From the IMG/VR virus record IMGVR_UViG_2671180755_000007: a DNA stretch of 5,848 bases; one strand, given 5' to 3'. This DNA comes from a virus (lineage: Duplodnaviria > Heunggongvirae > Uroviricota > Caudoviricetes). Below the pieces are notes generated by a model. That model did no database searches, had not been told where the DNA came from, and saw only the letters and a program-made list of their open reading frames with translations. The translations under genes were made by a program, and so were the position numbers. The first letter of the stretch is position 1. Every line of letters starts with the position of its first letter. This document shows positions 1-5,848 of this stretch, piece after piece.

Positions 1-597
1 CTGATGCGTCATGGCTTTCATCATCTGCGCCGGTAATTTTTCCCGGTACATCCGGTCCCGTTCACGTTCAAAGGTTTCTGCCAGCGGTCCGGCAGTCGTA
101 ATCTTCACCACTTCGATCGGCAGACGGTGGCGTTTCGGCCTCCCTTTGCTGTCCGCGCCGGTGGATGATGATGCCCACGGCATACGCTGCATCACATGCC
201 AGCGTCCGTTAGCCAGCCGGGTGATAAAGGCGTCCGGGATCCGTCTTTTCCCCACAATCAGCACACTGCCGCCCCCTTTCAGGGCCGCACGCTGTCCTTT
301 CTTTCTCCGTTTTCTGCGGGAAAGTCGAACGCGGGCCTCCCCCAGTTTGATGGCGGGCAGGTTGCCGGTATTGATGTAAACCTTTGCGTAAACCTTATCC
401 GGTCGTGCCGGACTTAACCGGATGCGGGCACGGATAAGACGACGGGGAACGGCCAGCTCCCTGGCAACTGAAGAGGCCGTTTTCGCAATAATGGCCCCCG
501 CCACTCGGTTCAGTGTCGTGGCAGAGGCCCGGGGAACGGCACGGCGATCAATTGCATCCAGATTTTTCATGGCCTGCGCCAGACCTTTTATTGCCAT
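1..597 (-). CDS. Z: Minor tail / tail completion protein, lambda gpZ-like; 3' end runs off the left edge of the window (about 199 codons visible, no stop)
   Basis: Minus-strand translation from ATG 597..595 gives MAIKGLAQAMKNLDAIDRRAVP...KRRKKGQRAALKGGGSVLIVGKRRIPDAFITRLANGRWHVMQRM..., which closely matches my recollection of lambda gpZ (MAIKGLEQAVENL...RRRRRKKGQRSSLKGGGSVLVVG...NGRWHVMQR). Frame stays open to position 1. AGGA-type RBS about 6-10 nt upstream; stop of the upstream gene (TGA 602..600) lies 2 nt before the ATG. Not in the supplied ORF track because it lacks a stop inside the window. Confidence 0.85.
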   Translation of the reverse strand, partial: MAIKGLAQAMKNLDAIDRRAVPRASATTLNRVAGAIIAKTASSVARELAVPRRLIRARIRLSPARPDKVYAKVYINTGNLPAIKLGEARVRLSRRKRRKKGQRAALKGGGSVLIVGKRRIPDAFITRLANGRWHVMQRMPWASSSTGADSKGRPKRHRLPIEVVKITTAGPLAETFERERDRMYREKLPAQMMKAMTHQ

Positions 598-599
598 AC

Positions 600-824
600 T
601 CATTCCTGTTCGACAAAAATCCGGGGTTTACCGTTGTACGTGTCATAACGGGTCACCGTCAGTGTGCGCCCCGCAAACACAACAACATCATGACGGGCCG
701 GACGGTACCGGGCTGAAAACACCACCAGTGACAACTGGCTGCCCGAAAGCGCCCCCATCTCCGCGGACTCTTCCTCCGGCATCACGTCGTACACGACGCC
801 GTTAATCTCCGCCTGTTTGCCCAT
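600..824 (-). CDS. Head-tail joining protein, lambda gpFII-like; C-terminal 74 aa visible, true start probably inside the N-masked run 827-908
   Basis: ORF 600..824 (-). Sequence GVVYDVMPEE...SQLSLVVFSARYRPARHDVV...TVTRYDTYNGKPRIFV aligns by eye to the central and C-terminal part of lambda FII (GVFDDPEN...SSPSLFVRTDEV...WVDRVSPDDGG). Its position immediately upstream of Z matches the lambda order FII-Z. The frame is open into the N run, so ATG 824 is only the first visible Met. Confidence 0.6.
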   Translation of the reverse strand: MGKQAEINGVVYDVMPEEESAEMGALSGSQLSLVVFSARYRPARHDVVVFAGRTLTVTRYDTYNGKPRIFVEQE

Positions 825-1117
825 CANNNNNNNNNNNNNNNNNNNNNNNNNNNNNNNNNNNNNNNNNNNNNNNNNNNNNNNNNNNNNNNNNNNNNNNNNN
901 NNNNNNNNACCGCGCCGGACTGAATGTCGTCAGCAGACTGTTTGGGCAGCAGGAACACGCCTTCGGCAAAACCGTCACCGGCCTCACCGGCAGGAATATC
1001 GGTAATGGCCACGGCCACCATACTGCCGACCACCACCGCAGCACCGCTCAGGATGGTCTGATCTCCGGCATTCACCAGTTCAATGGTGGTACCGTCCTGT
1101 ACAAAATTTTTCGCCAT
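824..1117 (-). CDS. Small phage head protein at the post-capsid position, putative head decoration/cement protein (DUF2190-like); 3' end hidden in the N run
   Basis: ORF 824..1117 (-), ATG 1117..1115 preceded by GGAGAAACAGCATT (RBS spacing about 8 nt). The N-terminus MAKNFVQDGTTIELVNAGDQTIL... and Gly/Ala/Val-rich composition resemble, from memory, the small DUF2190-type proteins encoded just after the capsid gene in lambdoid prophages. Only 69 residues are readable; the TGA at 826..824 is merely the first stop after the mask. Confidence 0.5.
   Translation of the reverse strand: MAKNFVQDGTTIELVNAGDQTILSGAAVVVGSMVAVAITDIPAGEAGDGFAEGVFLLPKQSADDIQSGAXXXXXXXXXXXXXXXXXXXXXXXXXXXX
827..908. other. 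Run of 82 N (masked or unresolved sequence) at the junction between the small post-capsid gene and the FII-like gene
   Basis: Literal n characters in the sequence. Both flanking minus-strand reading frames run into it without a stop. Confidence 0.99.
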
Positions 1118-1133
1118 AATGCTGTTTCTCCGG

Positions 1134-1156
1134 ACAGCCCCTGTGGGGCTGTTTTT
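1134..1156 (+). terminator. GC-rich hairpin (8-bp stem ACAGCCCC/GGGGCTGT, 3-nt loop) followed by a T-run on the plus strand; terminator-like for plus-strand (antisense) transcription, or a 5' stem-loop just upstream of the RBS in the minus-strand mRNA
   Basis: Read directly: 1134-1141 ACAGCCCC, loop TGT, 1145-1152 GGGGCTGT, then TTTT at 1153-1156. On the minus strand the same hairpin sits about 17 nt upstream of ATG 1117 and is not followed by a U-tract. Confidence 0.4.
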
Positions 1157-1163
1157 CAGGCAT

Positions 1164-1182
1164 AAAAAAAGCCCTTTCGGGC
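1164..1182 (-). terminator. Weak intrinsic terminator or attenuator after the capsid gene (GCCC-GAAA-GGGC hairpin with GNRA-type loop, followed by U7 on the minus strand)
   Basis: Minus-strand reading GCCCGAAAGGGC (1182..1171) then TTTTTTT (1170..1164), beginning 23 nt after the capsid stop codon (1207..1205). The stem is only 4 bp, so at best partial termination is expected. Confidence 0.4.
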
Positions 1183-1204
1183 AGTGATTGTGATAACGCG
1201 GTTA

Positions 1205-3214
1205 TCAGGCCACCGACGAACGCACCAGCCCGCGCCAGTCAAGTGGTGCCACTCCGGCATCAATACGGATTTTTGTGGCAATGCCGTCAGTGGTGAAACC
1301 TTCCTGCTGATCAATGTATGGCGTGTCCACACCATCCAGCCAGGCCACTTCAATGGTGTCAGTGCCCTGTGCCGCCGCCAGATACCAGGTTTTCGGGTCT
1401 GCCGCATCAAGACGCGCTTCTGCAATCACCTCAGCAAAGTTCTGGATAGGGTTAATGACACCGGCGTTTGCATCCGCCCCTTTCACACTGGCCGATTTGA
1501 TGGTCTGGTTCGCCACCGTCTCCAGTGCCACCGGTACCAGCATAAAGGCCGGACGGATATTCAGGGCACGATCGCCTTCTTTCTGCAGGCGCATCATCTG
1601 ACGGGCCGCATCCAGTCCGGAAACGGAGATCCCCCCGGTGGCAATATTTTTGTGATCGGCATGGAACAGCGCCTTACCGTCGGACAGTTTCGGGTTATCC
1701 GTCAGCACCTTGTAGACCAGGTCACCAATCGTTGCCTTCGCCGCACGCCCCATCTTCATCGGCACGTCCACCAGCATATTCAGATCATCATTGATAATGG
1801 CCTGGCGGGTGATGGAGAAAATCTCCCCGTAAGTGGCCAGTGCAATGGTCTCCTTGCGATCTGAGGTGGTGATGTATTTATACTCCGCCCCCTCACGAAC
1901 CTGGCGCAGAGAACCAAAACCGCCCATCCCCACGCGATACGCTGTTTTGAAGTCTGACAGGCGTCCCTTACGGGTCCACTTCTGGAAGGTTTCTTCTGAT
2001 TCCTCCCAGCCCTGGATCAGCCCCTTGTTCGACACATCCAGCAGAATATTGCCAAAATCAGAGGTGCTGTGCGTCAGCGCCAGCCCGACCATCTGCATGG
2101 GGTTATAACTGGCCACCCCAATACCGCGCTCCGTCAGTGACATGCGAGCCCATTCACGCAGGGTCATCCCGTTATAGGCGTTATCCTTCTCGACATTTTC
2201 AAATCCGGCACGGGCCAGCATCGCCTGGCGGATCCCGTCCCCCACAAAATTGCCGTTTCCGGCATAAATATGGGCCGGTGTATTTTTGTTGGTCGGCGAG
2301 GACTCCTTGCCCATTTCATTCAGCAGACGTTCACGGGCCATTTCCAGCGAACAGTCAGGATCAGCCACGCACTGTGCCTGAAGCGTCTGATAGCGACCGC
2401 CGAACATGGCAAACAGATCGTTAATGCCTGACATGCGGGCTTTCTGCTCAGCCATAACGCGGGCGCGAATGGTCGCCTCATCAGACACTGCCGGTACCGG
2501 TGATGGTTCTGTTACCGCCGGTGCAGGGATTGTCACTGTGGTATCACGCGGGGCACTGTTGCGTGGCGGAGTAATCATGTTTCGGATGGATTCCGGCATC
2601 TTTTTAAATTCCTCTGTACGTTTTGACTGAATACATGCCATTGCCTCAACAGCGGGTGTCACCTGGTCAGCAAATCCGTGTGCCAGACATTCGGCACCGG
2701 ACATCCAGGTTTCATCCGCCAGCATGGCGGCAATTTCATCGGTGGTTTTTCCGGTTTTCTGCGCATAGGCTGGCAACAGTACCGATTCGACTTTATCCAG
2801 CAAATCGGCATAACTGCGCATATCCTCAGCATCCCCGCCACTGAATCCCCATGGCTTATGGATCATCATGAAGGCATTTTCCGGCATAATGACCGTATCA
2901 CCGGCCATCGCAATCACAGATGCCATCGAGGCGGCAACGCCATCCACATACACGGTAATGGTCGCCCCCTGATTTTTCAGGGCATTAAAAATGGCGATGC
3001 CTTCAAAGACATCGCCACCCGGTGAATTGATATGGAGATTAATGTGGGTGATATCACCCAGNNNNNNNNNNNNNNNNNNNNNNNNNNNNNNNNNNNNNNN
3101 NNNNNNNNNNNNNNNNNNNNNNNNNNNNNNNNNNNNNNNNNNNNNNNNNNNNNNNNNNNNNNNNNNNNNNNNNNNNNCCGGCACGCACCCAGTCAGATTC
3201 TGTCGCTGCACCAC
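1205..3214 (-). CDS. Prohead protease (ClpP/S14-like) fused to a linker and an HK97-fold major capsid protein; 5' end uncertain because of the N run 3062-3177
   Basis: ORF 1205..3214 (-), 669 codons. The N-terminal region after the mask has a ClpP-like signature (HINSPGGDVFEGIAIFNALK...YVDGVAASMASVIAMAGD...MIHKPW). A Pro/Ala/Thr/Val-rich linker follows (PPRNSAPRDTTVTIPAPAVTEPSPVPAV). The C-terminal roughly 380 aa look like a lambdoid/HK97-type major capsid protein. It sits in the position of lambda C-Nu3-D-E between portal and FII. ATG 3214 lies upstream of the mask and overlaps the portal frame, so the true start may be 3214 or inside the masked run. Confidence 0.85.
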   Translation of the reverse strand: MVQRQNLTGCVPXXXXXXXXXXXXXXXXXXXXXXXXXXXXXXXXXXXXXXXLGDITHINLHINSPGGDVFEGIAIFNALKNQGATITVYVDGVAASMASVIAMAGDTVIMPENAFMMIHKPWGFSGGDAEDMRSYADLLDKVESVLLPAYAQKTGKTTDEIAAMLADETWMSGAECLAHGFADQVTPAVEAMACIQSKRTEEFKKMPESIRNMITPPRNSAPRDTTVTIPAPAVTEPSPVPAVSDEATIRARVMAEQKARMSGINDLFAMFGGRYQTLQAQCVADPDCSLEMARERLLNEMGKESSPTNKNTPAHIYAGNGNFVGDGIRQAMLARAGFENVEKDNAYNGMTLREWARMSLTERGIGVASYNPMQMVGLALTHSTSDFGNILLDVSNKGLIQGWEESEETFQKWTRKGRLSDFKTAYRVGMGGFGSLRQVREGAEYKYITTSDRKETIALATYGEIFSITRQAIINDDLNMLVDVPMKMGRAAKATIGDLVYKVLTDNPKLSDGKALFHADHKNIATGGISVSGLDAARQMMRLQKEGDRALNIRPAFMLVPVALETVANQTIKSASVKGADANAGVINPIQNFAEVIAEARLDAADPKTWYLAAAQGTDTIEVAWLDGVDTPYIDQQEGFTTDGIATKIRIDAGVAPLDWRGLVRSSVA
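3062..3177. other. Run of 116 N (masked or unresolved sequence) covering the portal 3' end and the protease-capsid 5' end
   Basis: Literal n characters. Both the portal frame and the protease-capsid frame are read through it as X in the ORF track. Confidence 0.99.
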
Positions 3215-4514
3215 CCCGGATCTGAATTCTCCAGGCTTCAGCTTCCTTAACCGGGTCGATCCACGGCATCACCGGACCGGAATACGTCGCGTTATATAGC
3301 GTTTTCATCTCCACATCCGCCGGAATTTTCAGCAGACCTGCCGCAACCACCATATTCAGCCATGTCCGGTACACCGGGCGGGTTACCGCGCCAATAAAAC
3401 AGTCCTGCAGGATCAGGTAACCATCCGTGGACTCGACCAGCTCCTGCCGCTGGGCGCTGTAGGTGCCGTTATAGTTACGCGCCGCACTGGAAAAACTCAG
3501 ACGACTGCCTGCTGCCACTGCACGCAACTGGCCGTTGCGGAAAGTTTCAAGGTTGGGATTGGGACGGTCAGATTTGACCATGCCGATATCCTCGCCCTTG
3601 CGCAAATCGTCATAAATAATACCCGGGGTGATATGGACTTCCCGCTCGGTCTCTTTGATCCCCGGATCTTCATAGTCCTGTCCGTCACCTTTACGGATAT
3701 ACAGTCCCAGCGCCGCAGCAATACGCGCCGCTGTCAGTTCCGCATCCTCATACTCCTTAAGGGCACTGATCCGCATCAGCACCCCCGATAACATGGATGA
3801 GCCTCGCGTCTGATGCAGACGACGAGTGAACTTCAGGTGGATCATTTTTCCGGCAGCGATTTCTTTCGTATCACTCTGCCGGCCGCTGACCGGATAATTT
3901 TTATAAACCAGATATTTTTTCGGTCTTCCCCACTCATCAAGAAAAACCCCCTGATTCAGTCCGGCGGATTCATCAGTGCGCATGGGAACAAAATCCGGCT
4001 CCATCGCCTCAAGCCAGAATGGCACTCCCGCCGTCCGTTCCAGACCGTTTCCCGCACCACTGACCATCTGCGCAAACACTTCACCATCCCGCAGCCAGGT
4101 CCGCAGCAGTAAACGTTCAAGCACAGGACGGGTATACTGCCCTGTCACATCCGGACTCACGGACCATTCAGCCCACAAACGGCGGATATCCGCAGCCAGC
4201 TCAGCCGCCATTTCCCCGTTTTTTCGTAATGGCTGAGGCTCCACAATAATTCCCCTGGCACCAATCACCCGCTCTTCCAGCTTGTCAAACACACCAATCA
4301 CCAGGTCATGATTGATATCCAGAAAACGGGCCTGCTCCCGCAGGGAAACCGCACCGTATTTACTGAGCTGATCAGCAGAGCGATTTTCCCGCCGGGCTTT
4401 ATGTGTCCGGGTCGGTTTCACCGCCTCATAGGCCATGATTAACGCCCTTGAACGCAGTCTGGCTGCTTTCCACCTAGGGGAAAACACGCCGATCACATCA
4501 TCAATAATTGCCAT
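3062..4514 (-). CDS. B: Portal protein, lambda gpB family; 3' end lies within or just beyond the N run (about 445 aa readable)
   Basis: ORF 3054..4514 (-), ATG 4514..4512 with a GAGG RBS about 6-9 nt upstream. Its size (445 readable residues, about 486 to the ORF-track stop) is portal-like, and it sits between W and the protease-capsid gene as in the lambda order A-W-B-C. The start overlaps the W stop as TAATG. Family assignment is from synteny and general recollection of gpB-like portals, not from a search. Confidence 0.85.
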
Positions 4515-4726
4515 TAAAACCTCGCCAGTTTAAATCCCGGTTTTCCCCGCCTGCGGCTCACCATCGCGGCAAGCCTGCGTTCCCACTCCTGACGTCCGGC
4601 GCGGATCTGAGAAAGGCTTTCCAGCGTCAGTTGCTGCCCGTTGAAGGTGACAGACTTTCCCTCCAGTACGGCCATTTCCGCTTCACGGTACCGCTGTATC
4701 ATTTCTCTGGCTTCTTCTGTGCTCAC
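4514..4726 (-). CDS. W: Head completion / head-tail joining protein, lambda gpW-like; start re-assigned to GTG 4726 (70 aa) rather than the ORF-track ATG 4750
   Basis: The C-terminus ...LAAMVSRRRGKPGFKLARF resembles the lambda gpW C-terminus (...RRRGPAGFYV) as I recall it. GTG at 4726..4724 overlaps the terminase TGA (4725..4723) as GTGA and is preceded by a perfect AGGAGG (4738..4733) with a 6-nt spacer. The resulting 70-aa product matches the lambda gpW size (68 aa). Stop TAA at 4516..4514. Confidence 0.8.
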   Translation of the reverse strand: MSTEEAREMIQRYREAEMAVLEGKSVTFNGQQLTLESLSQIRAGRQEWERRLAAMVSRRRGKPGFKLARF

Positions 4727-5848
4727 AACCAGCCTCCTGATGTTATCCATGGATTATCTTCCGCACGCTCCGTCCGCAGTTTTTTCTTCCGGCGACGGCG
4801 TTTTTCTGCCCCGGCCGTCAGTTCCGGGGATACCGTTTCACCAGAACGCTCCTGCGGGAAGACGAGCCACGTTTCCCGCTGTGCCCAGTCCGGTGCGGAG
4901 GGCCAGCGGATCTTTTCGTAACCATGCAGAACGGCAAGCGCATCCGCATAAACCAGCAGGTCAAACGCTTCGTTAGCGCCCCTGCCCGGTTTTCGCCATT
5001 TTCCGTCACTGCCGCGCTCTTCATAGGTCAGCTCATCGTAAAACCACCGCCCCAGCCAGTCGGGAAAGTGGATATAGTTCGGCCCTGGTGTGTCACGCCA
5101 CAGGGCATTATTTACACGATCCTTAAACGCATCCGTCTGAACCAGCCACAGCGCGACATCGCCACTGGCTCTGGCACGGCGGGCACTTCTGCCGGTATTA
5201 TCCGGGAAGGTTCGGTTAATCAGCCTGTCACGGCGAAGTCCATCCCCCTTGAACAGAAACACCCTGTTGCCCAGTCCGTCACTCCGGCAACGACGCCAGA
5301 AACGATAGGCGTTATCTGTCACCCCGGCTTCCCCTCCCGTATCCACCGCCATGGCCATCAGACGCATGCGCACATCCGGATCAGAAGCCAGCGGCCATGT
5401 TTTATGGAACACATCCGTCAGCAACAAATCCCAGTCCTCCGGATATGCCGCCGGATCAACCGGCAGACTTTCACCGTTGGGACTGCAGCGCAGTGAATGC
5501 CGGATGTTGTAGCGATCAACAATCCAGCGTTCCCCCTGCTCTCCGTATCCGGTGATCTGCACAACAAAACGGCGATTTTTACCGCCCTGTACGTCAACCG
5601 TTGCCTCAATAAAACGCACACCATCCGGCACAGATCGCCGGGGAAACGGCTCGGCACGCTGTTCAAGCAGTTCACTTTTACGCTGTTCCGTGGCTGAACG
5701 GGGCAGATAGGGTCGTCCGATATCGGTGTTCACCACCGCTTTCAGGGTCTCTTCACTGCCGGTTCGCTCATACTCTTCTTCTGCCGCCAGCAGTTTAAAA
5801 ATCAGTTGTTCCCAGGTCTGAAACGCCGCAGCTGGCCCCTCCATCCAA
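4723..5848 (-). CDS. A: Terminase large subunit, lambda gpA-like, C-terminal portion (at least 374 aa); 5' end runs off the right edge of the window
   Basis: ORF 4723..5844 (-) with the frame still open at 5848. Basic C-terminal tail ...KRRRRKKKLRTERAEDNPWITSGGWL, followed immediately by W and then the portal, which is the lambda order A-W-B. Size and position are consistent with the C-terminal half of a gpA-type large terminase. Confidence 0.85.
   Translation of the reverse strand, partial: WMEGPAAAFQTWEQLIFKLLAAEEEYERTGSEETLKAVVNTDIGRPYLPRSATEQRKSELLEQRAEPFPRRSVPDGVRFIEATVDVQGGKNRRFVVQITGYGEQGERWIVDRYNIRHSLRCSPNGESLPVDPAAYPEDWDLLLTDVFHKTWPLASDPDVRMRLMAMAVDTGGEAGVTDNAYRFWRRCRSDGLGNRVFLFKGDGLRRDRLINRTFPDNTGRSARRARASGDVALWLVQTDAFKDRVNNALWRDTPGPNYIHFPDWLGRWFYDELTYEERGSDGKWRKPGRGANEAFDLLVYADALAVLHGYEKIRWPSAPDWAQRETWLVFPQERSGETVSPELTAGAEKRRRRKKKLRTERAEDNPWITSGGWL
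4733..4738 (-). promoter_or_regulatory. Shine-Dalgarno sequence (AGGAGG) for the gpW-like gene, embedded in the 3' end of the terminase gene
   Basis: Minus-strand AGGAGG 6 nt upstream of GTG 4726; read directly from the sequence. Confidence 0.6.

Noticed and set aside
11-805. Plus-strand ORFs 11..379, 196..417, 422..805 and 513..716
   Set aside because: They lie antisense to the gpZ-like and FII-like genes, whose minus-strand translations match lambda proteins. Their products are Arg/Pro/Ser-rich with low complexity, as expected for the antisense of GC-rich coding sequence, and have no RBS context.
802-1044. ORFs 802..1044 (-) and 817..1005 (+) spanning the first N run
   Set aside because: Most of each 'protein' is X from masked bases; they are artefacts of translating through the mask.
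1134-1156. Plus-strand terminator as evidence of a plus-strand gene ending here
   Set aside because: No credible plus-strand gene precedes it. It is more likely a structure acting within the minus-strand mRNA or stopping antisense read-through, so it is reported only as a hairpin with uncertain function.
827-3177. N runs as biological features (repeat, CRISPR spacer region or cos site)
   Set aside because: They are literal ambiguity characters, that is masking or assembly gaps, and carry no sequence information. Nothing can be inferred about their content.
1184-3299. Plus-strand ORFs 1184..1864, 1314..1601, 1833..2108, 2137..2424, 2406..2630, 2623..2844, 2678..3025, 2991..3299 and 3032..3250
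   Set aside because: All are antisense shadows of the protease-capsid gene. Their products are His/Arg/Cys-rich and several run through the N mask. None is supported by composition or context.
3813-4236. Plus-strand ORFs 3813..4112 and 3976..4236 inside the portal gene
   Set aside because: Antisense to the well-supported portal ORF, with low-complexity Ser/Arg-rich products.
4748-4750. ATG 4750 as the gpW start (ORF-track call 4514..4750)
   Set aside because: It would overlap the terminase by 28 nt and has a weaker RBS. GTG 4726 with AGGAGG and a GTGA overlap fits both the coupling pattern and the lambda gpW length. It is kept as a lower-probability alternative.
1156-5675. Short minus-strand ORFs 1156..1425, 2659..2841, 3497..3721, 4818..5024 and 5418..5675
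   Set aside because: These are out-of-frame ORFs nested inside the capsid, portal and terminase genes, with Cys/Arg/Trp-rich products. ORF 1156..1425 would also read through the terminator hairpin.
4508-5697. Plus-strand ORFs 4508..4921, 4641..4976, 4924..5496 and 5497..5697
   Set aside because: Antisense to the gpW-like and terminase genes, with no independent support.
1-5848. CRISPR array, tRNA or other RNA gene, integrase or attachment site, or cos site
   Set aside because: I saw no direct-repeat/spacer periodicity, no tRNA-like cloverleaf region, and no non-coding stretch longer than about 90 nt. In lambda, cos and the small terminase lie upstream of A, outside this window.

Overview
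This window reads as one contiguous piece of a lambda-like (lambdoid) phage or prophage head-morphogenesis operon, with every supportable gene on the minus strand and in lambda order. From the right edge leftwards: terminase large subunit (gpA-like, C-terminal part, runs off the window), gpW-like head completion protein, gpB-like portal, a single long ORF fusing a ClpP-like prohead protease to a Pro/Ala/Thr-rich linker and an HK97-fold major capsid domain, a small decoration/cement-like protein, an FII-like head-tail joining protein, and a gpZ-like protein that runs off the left edge. Family calls rest on recalled similarity to phage lambda proteins and on synteny; no searches were run. Two N-masked runs (827-908 and 3062-3177) sit exactly on gene junctions, so the portal end, the protease start, the small protein's end and the FII start cannot be read. 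The only clear non-coding structure is a pair of hairpins in the 87-nt gap after the capsid gene. The plus-strand ORFs in the track all look like antisense shadows. I see no defence system, toxin, integrase, CRISPR array, tRNA or cargo gene here; this looks like an ordinary conserved structural module, and the findings below are modest re-annotations and structural observations rather than a new system.
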